DNA of 24,000 bases from Spiroplasma endosymbiont of Clivina fossor. GTDB taxonomy: Bacteria; Bacillota_I; Bacilli_A; Mycoplasmatales; Nriv7. How positions within the stretch are numbered: position 1 is the stretch's first letter; every line of letters begins with the position of its first letter. The stretch spans positions 1,465,605 through 1,489,604 of the forward strand of contig NZ_OZ035006.1 in the NCBI RefSeq assembly GCF_964031115.1, written 5' to 3'. The notes beneath the pieces were generated by a model. It did not search any database. It saw only the letters and a program-made list of their open reading frames with translations, and was not told the origin of the DNA. Positions 20,464 through 24,000 of this stretch are shown one piece after another. A program made the translations under genes and the position numbers.

Positions 20464-21174
20464 TATTAAAGAAATCCATAAAGGAAATTTCAAATATAAA
20501 ACTGATCCACGAAGAATTCACCTTGACCCATTCGCAACTAATACTAAATGCTGTATTCAAATGGCAATTGATAATAATAACAATATTTATGTTAAATCCA
20601 CAAACACCAAACGTTTACAAAAACAATGAGTTATTGAAAATATGAACAAAGAATTAATTAACGAAAATTCAATTATTACTTCTGATATGCAAAAATTATA
20701 TTTTTTAGTAGCAAAACAAACAAATTCTACTTTATGTGTAACTAAAACAACAATTAATCCTGAAGCTAGTTATCGTAACTTAAATAATAAAATCAGTAAA
20801 TTACAATCTAGTCTTAAAGAAGCCTTAATTCATTATCATGGTTTAGGTTTTACTAATATTCAAAATTATTTAAATCTCTGAAAATGAAAATACCAACATA
20901 AGGGCTTAACTCCAAACCAACAAACAGCGGTATTATATTTTAATGTATAAAAAAGTTAAAGTAAAAATAGTAATTTTACATAAAAGCCTTTTAAAATTAT
21001 CAAGTTGATGATTTTTTTTATTTTATCAAGAGTTTTCGACAAAATTAAAAAAATCTTTTGAGCATTTGATTTATATATCGTGGTAGCAATAACAATCATG
21101 TGCTATATTCTTAACCATTTTTATTTAATAAGTTTCTCTCTAAAACATAAAAAAATGCAACTAAAAAAGTTACA

Positions 21175-21921
21175 TTAATTTTGATTCATTATTTCATAAA
21201 GACTAATAGTTAAAGCATTAGCAACATTCAAAGATTCTACTCCATTTGATGTTGGAATATAAAAATTATCATCAATTAATGGTCATAAATGAGCATTAAT
21301 TCCTTTACCCTCATTACCAAATAATAATGCTACTTGACTATTAAATTTTACATCTCGCAAACGATTATTAGCATCTTTAAATACTGTACCATAAACTTTA
21401 AAACCTTTATCTTTTACACTAGCCATAACAAGTTCCAAATTAGTTTTAATAATATTTAAATGAAATATCGCTCCCATTGAAGTCCGAATTACTTTATCAT
21501 TATAAATATCAACACTATCATTACTAATATACAATGTTTGGACATTAAAGGCAACACAACTACGAATAATGTTTCCTAAATTAGTCGGATCTTGAATCTT
21601 ATCTAACATGACAACTAAATTTTTATCAACTTCATAACTATCTAAAAAACTACAAACACCAATAATTGGTTGTGGGTTAACAGTTGTAGATATTTTCTTA
21701 ATAATTTGCTCATTAACAACAATTATATTACTAAAATCTTCTATTTTATTAGCAATATCTTGTGTTGTTAAAATCATTAATAATTTATTTTGTTTCTTAG
21801 CCTCTTCAATTAAGTGAAACCCTTCAATAAGAAACTGTTCCTTTTCTTTACGATACTTGCTCTCTTTTAACTTAACTAAATCTTTAATTAATGAATTATC
21901 TATTGAATTAATTATTTTCAT
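21175..21921 (-). CDS. SpoU/TrmH-family RNA 2'-O-methyltransferase, copy 2
   Basis: Identical to 17993-18739 at offset 3,182. Confidence 0.85.
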
Positions 21922-21945
21922 ATCAAAAATGCTTTCTAAAATTAA

Positions 21946-22028
21946 TGGTGCCCAAGATCGGACTCGAACCGATACGGATCAACCGATGGTTTTTGAGACC
22001 ATTGTGTCTACCATTCCACCACTTGGGC
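21946..22028 (-). tRNA. tRNA-Leu (CAA), copy 2
   Basis: Identical to 18764-18846 at offset 3,182. Confidence 0.9.
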
Positions 22029-22172
22029 CTTATTTTTTAAATATATAGTATTTTCCGAAAAAATCAATATTTCCCCCAACAAAATCGTGTAAATCACACA
22101 CAGTTATTAGACTATGCTTCTCTTAATTGATTTCATAATACCATATTTTGTATTATTAAAATTAAAAATAAT

Positions 22173-23318
22173 TTTTAATTTTGTCGAAAACTCTTGATAT
22201 TTATTGAATATACTTAATTTTAGGTATATTTTTAATATGATAGAGGGGGATAATAATTATGGAAAAAATAATTCAAGAACTAGTAAATACTTTAACAGAT
22301 GATCAATTTTTAGAATTTTATGAAAAAGTCAAACAACAAGCAGAATTAATAAAAAAACAAAAACGGTTAAATGAAATTGATCAAAAATTTAGAGCGCAAG
22401 GTATTAAATGCCCTAAATGTGAATCTTACCATTGCGTTAAAAATGGACATAATTCAGAAGGAAAACAAAAATATTTATGTAAAAATTGCCGTGCAAGTTT
22501 TGACGCTTTTCGTAATCATTTTATTTATTGAAGTCATTTAAATTATGAACAATGAAATTTATTGATTCAAATTTCATTGCTGGGGCAATCTAGTAAAACA
22601 ATTTCTCGTTTTATTAAAACTACATTAAAAACTGCTTGATATAATCGTCAAAAATTAATGAAATCAAAACAATTAGAAAATACCCAATTAAAATTTAAAA
22701 AATTATCTGGTAAAATCCAAATCGATGAAACATTTATTAAAGAAATCCATAAAGGAAATTTCAAATATAAAACTGATCCACGAAGAATTCACCTTGACCC
22801 ATTCGCAACTAATACTAAATGCTGTATTCAAATGGCAATTGATAATAATAACAATATTTATGTTAAATCCACAAACACCAAACGTTTACAAAAACAATGA
22901 GTTATTGAAAATATGAACAAAGAATTAATTAACGAAAATTCAATTATTACTTCTGATATGCAAAAATTATATTTTTTAGTAGCAAAACAAACAAATTCTA
23001 CTTTATGTGTAACTAAAACAACAATTAATCCTGAAGCTAGTTATCGTAACTTAAATAAAATCAGTAAATTACAATCTAGTCTTAAAGAAGCCTTAATTCA
23101 TTATCATGGTTTAGGTTTTACTAATATTCAAAATTATTTAAATCTCTGAAAATGAAAATACCAACATAAGGGTTTAACTCCAAACCAACAAACAGCGGTA
23201 TTATATTTTAATGTATAAAAAAGTTAAAGTAAAAATAGTAATTTTACATAAAAGCCTTTTAAAATTATCAAGTTGATGATTTTTTTTATTTTATCAAGAG
23301 TTTTCGACAAAATTAAAA
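22173..23318 (+). mobile_element. IS1595-like copy D, uninterrupted (1,146 bp), apparently the only intact copy in the window
   Basis: IRs at 22175-22199 and 23292-23316. 8-bp direct repeat AAAATAAT at 22165-22172 and 23319-23326. Confidence 0.9.
22259..23218 (+). CDS. IS1595-family-like transposase (zinc ribbon + DDE), 319 aa under code 4
   Basis: ORFs 22259-22531, 22658-22900 and 22913-23149 are in one frame joined by TGA. Ends ...WKWKYQHKGLTPNQQTAVLYFNV* (TAA at 23216). Zinc ribbon CPKC-x19-CKNC. GKIQIDETFI resembles the first DDE motif of IS1595/ISXO2-type enzymes (family assignment from memory). Confidence 0.8.
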
Positions 23319-23443
23319 AAAATAATTACTTGTTTTTCCTTTTTTTCAATTTTCTTTGCTCTATTTTTTAATTGCTGATATTTTTTCATAAAAGTTTTAT
23401 CATCAATATTATTTATTTCTTTTAAAATATCTTTTTCTTGCAT
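23291..23443 (-). CDS. Small ORF (50 aa) with a good RBS whose 3' end runs into the IS-D terminus; possible remnant of a gene truncated by IS-D
   Basis: AAAGGTGA, 6 nt, then ATG at 23443. Reads MQEKDILKEINNIDDKTFMKKYQQLKNRAKKIEKKEKQVII, then crosses the IS boundary at 23318 and stops at TAA 23291-23293 inside the IR. Confidence 0.3.
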
Positions 23444-23595
23444 AAAAAATCACCTTTAAATTAAAAATAACCCATTTACAGAAAAAAATAAAGAGATTAT
23501 CAATACTTATCTTTAAAATTAAAATAAAATTGCAAATAATGAAATAAAATTCACAAAAAATTAAAACCATTTTTATAACTAAAATTAATTAGCAA

Positions 23596-24000
23596 TTAAA
23601 CCATCAATAACGCTGCTTTACTAATTCCCAGTCGGTCTGCTCCACCTTTAATAAGTTTTATTGCCTGCGCTTTAGTTTTAATTTTCCCTGACGCTTTAAT
23701 ATACATTTCATCCTTAACAATACTACGAATTAATTTAATATCCTTAACTTTAGCACCACTTTTAGCAAATCCTGTTGAAGTTTTAATAAAATCTGCTTGT
23801 GCTTGCAAAGCTAATTTACAAACTTGAATTTTTTCTTCTTTCGTTAATAATGCAGTTTCGATAATAACTTTTAAAATTTGTTTTGGACATACAGCTCGAA
23901 CATGCTTAATATCATTTAATACTACCATATATGCCCCCTCTTTTAAAGCTCCAAGATTAATAACCATATCAATCTCATCGGCACCATCACGAACAGCTTG
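23596..24000 (-). CDS. deoC: Deoxyribose-phosphate aldolase (5' end beyond the window)
   Basis: ...DGADEIDMVINLGALKEG...FIKTSTGFAKSGA...IKASGKIKT... contains the Schiff-base Lys motif KTSTGF. TAA stop at 23596. Confidence 0.9.
   Translation of the reverse strand, partial: QAVRDGADEIDMVINLGALKEGAYMVVLNDIKHVRAVCPKQILKVIIETALLTKEEKIQVCKLALQAQADFIKTSTGFAKSGAKVKDIKLIRSIVKDEMYIKASGKIKTKAQAIKLIKGGADRLGISKAALLMV

Larger units (their letters stand above)
19055..20950 (+). pseudogene. IS-C transposase interrupted by the nested IS (fragments 19055-19559 and 20464-20950)
   Basis: Identical to the IS-B pseudogene at offset 3,182. Confidence 0.8.
18991..21050 (+). mobile_element. IS1595-like copy C with nested IS5-like element (duplicate of copy B)
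   Basis: Same sequence as IS-B at offset 3,182. The flanks differ from each other: AAAATAAT on the left (18983-18990) and AAATCTTT on the right (21051-21058). Confidence 0.88.
15809..22172. repeat. Tandem direct duplication, 2 x 3,182 bp (15809-18990 and 18991-22172)
   Basis: All ORFs recur at an offset of exactly 3,182. Line-by-line comparison found a single mismatch (16471 G vs 19653 A). Confidence 0.9.

Noticed and set aside
15809-23318. Periodic repetition as a possible CRISPR or other short-repeat array
   Set aside because: The period is 3.2 kb and the repeats are whole IS elements plus genes. There are no 25-40-bp repeat/spacer units anywhere in the window.

Overview
AT-rich Mollicutes-type chromosome segment, probably Spiroplasma/Entomoplasmatales-like (taxon is inference). 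It must be read with genetic code 4 (UGA = Trp): every conserved gene is cut into pieces at TGA in the supplied ORF track, but is one continuous frame ending in TAA/TAG once TGA is read through. Core content, all on the minus strand: a dcw cell-division operon (mraZ-rsmH-ftsA-ftsZ-sepF) with a recognisable promoter and a phased MraZ operator; a pheS-pheT-MATE-DUF177(yceD)-rpmF block; a glpO-like oxidase plus GlpT-like transporter pair; and a partial deoC. The accessory content is entirely insertion sequences. There are four copies of a ~1.15-kb IS1595-like element (A inverted at the window start; B, C, D direct) and three copies of two related IS5-like elements. Two of the IS5-like copies are nested inside IS-B and IS-C, and the third splits the gene downstream of sepF. 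The most notable structure is an exact 3,182-bp tandem duplication (15809-22172) of [IS + SpoU-family methyltransferase + tRNA-Leu(CAA)]. Its chimeric 8-bp target-site duplications record an unequal IS x IS crossover. Both IS5-like transposases carry a -1 frameshift on an A-run at the same protein position, which suggests programmed frameshifting. I saw no CRISPR array, defence island, toxin-antitoxin pair or other obviously novel multi-gene system. The novelty here is structural and IS-driven.
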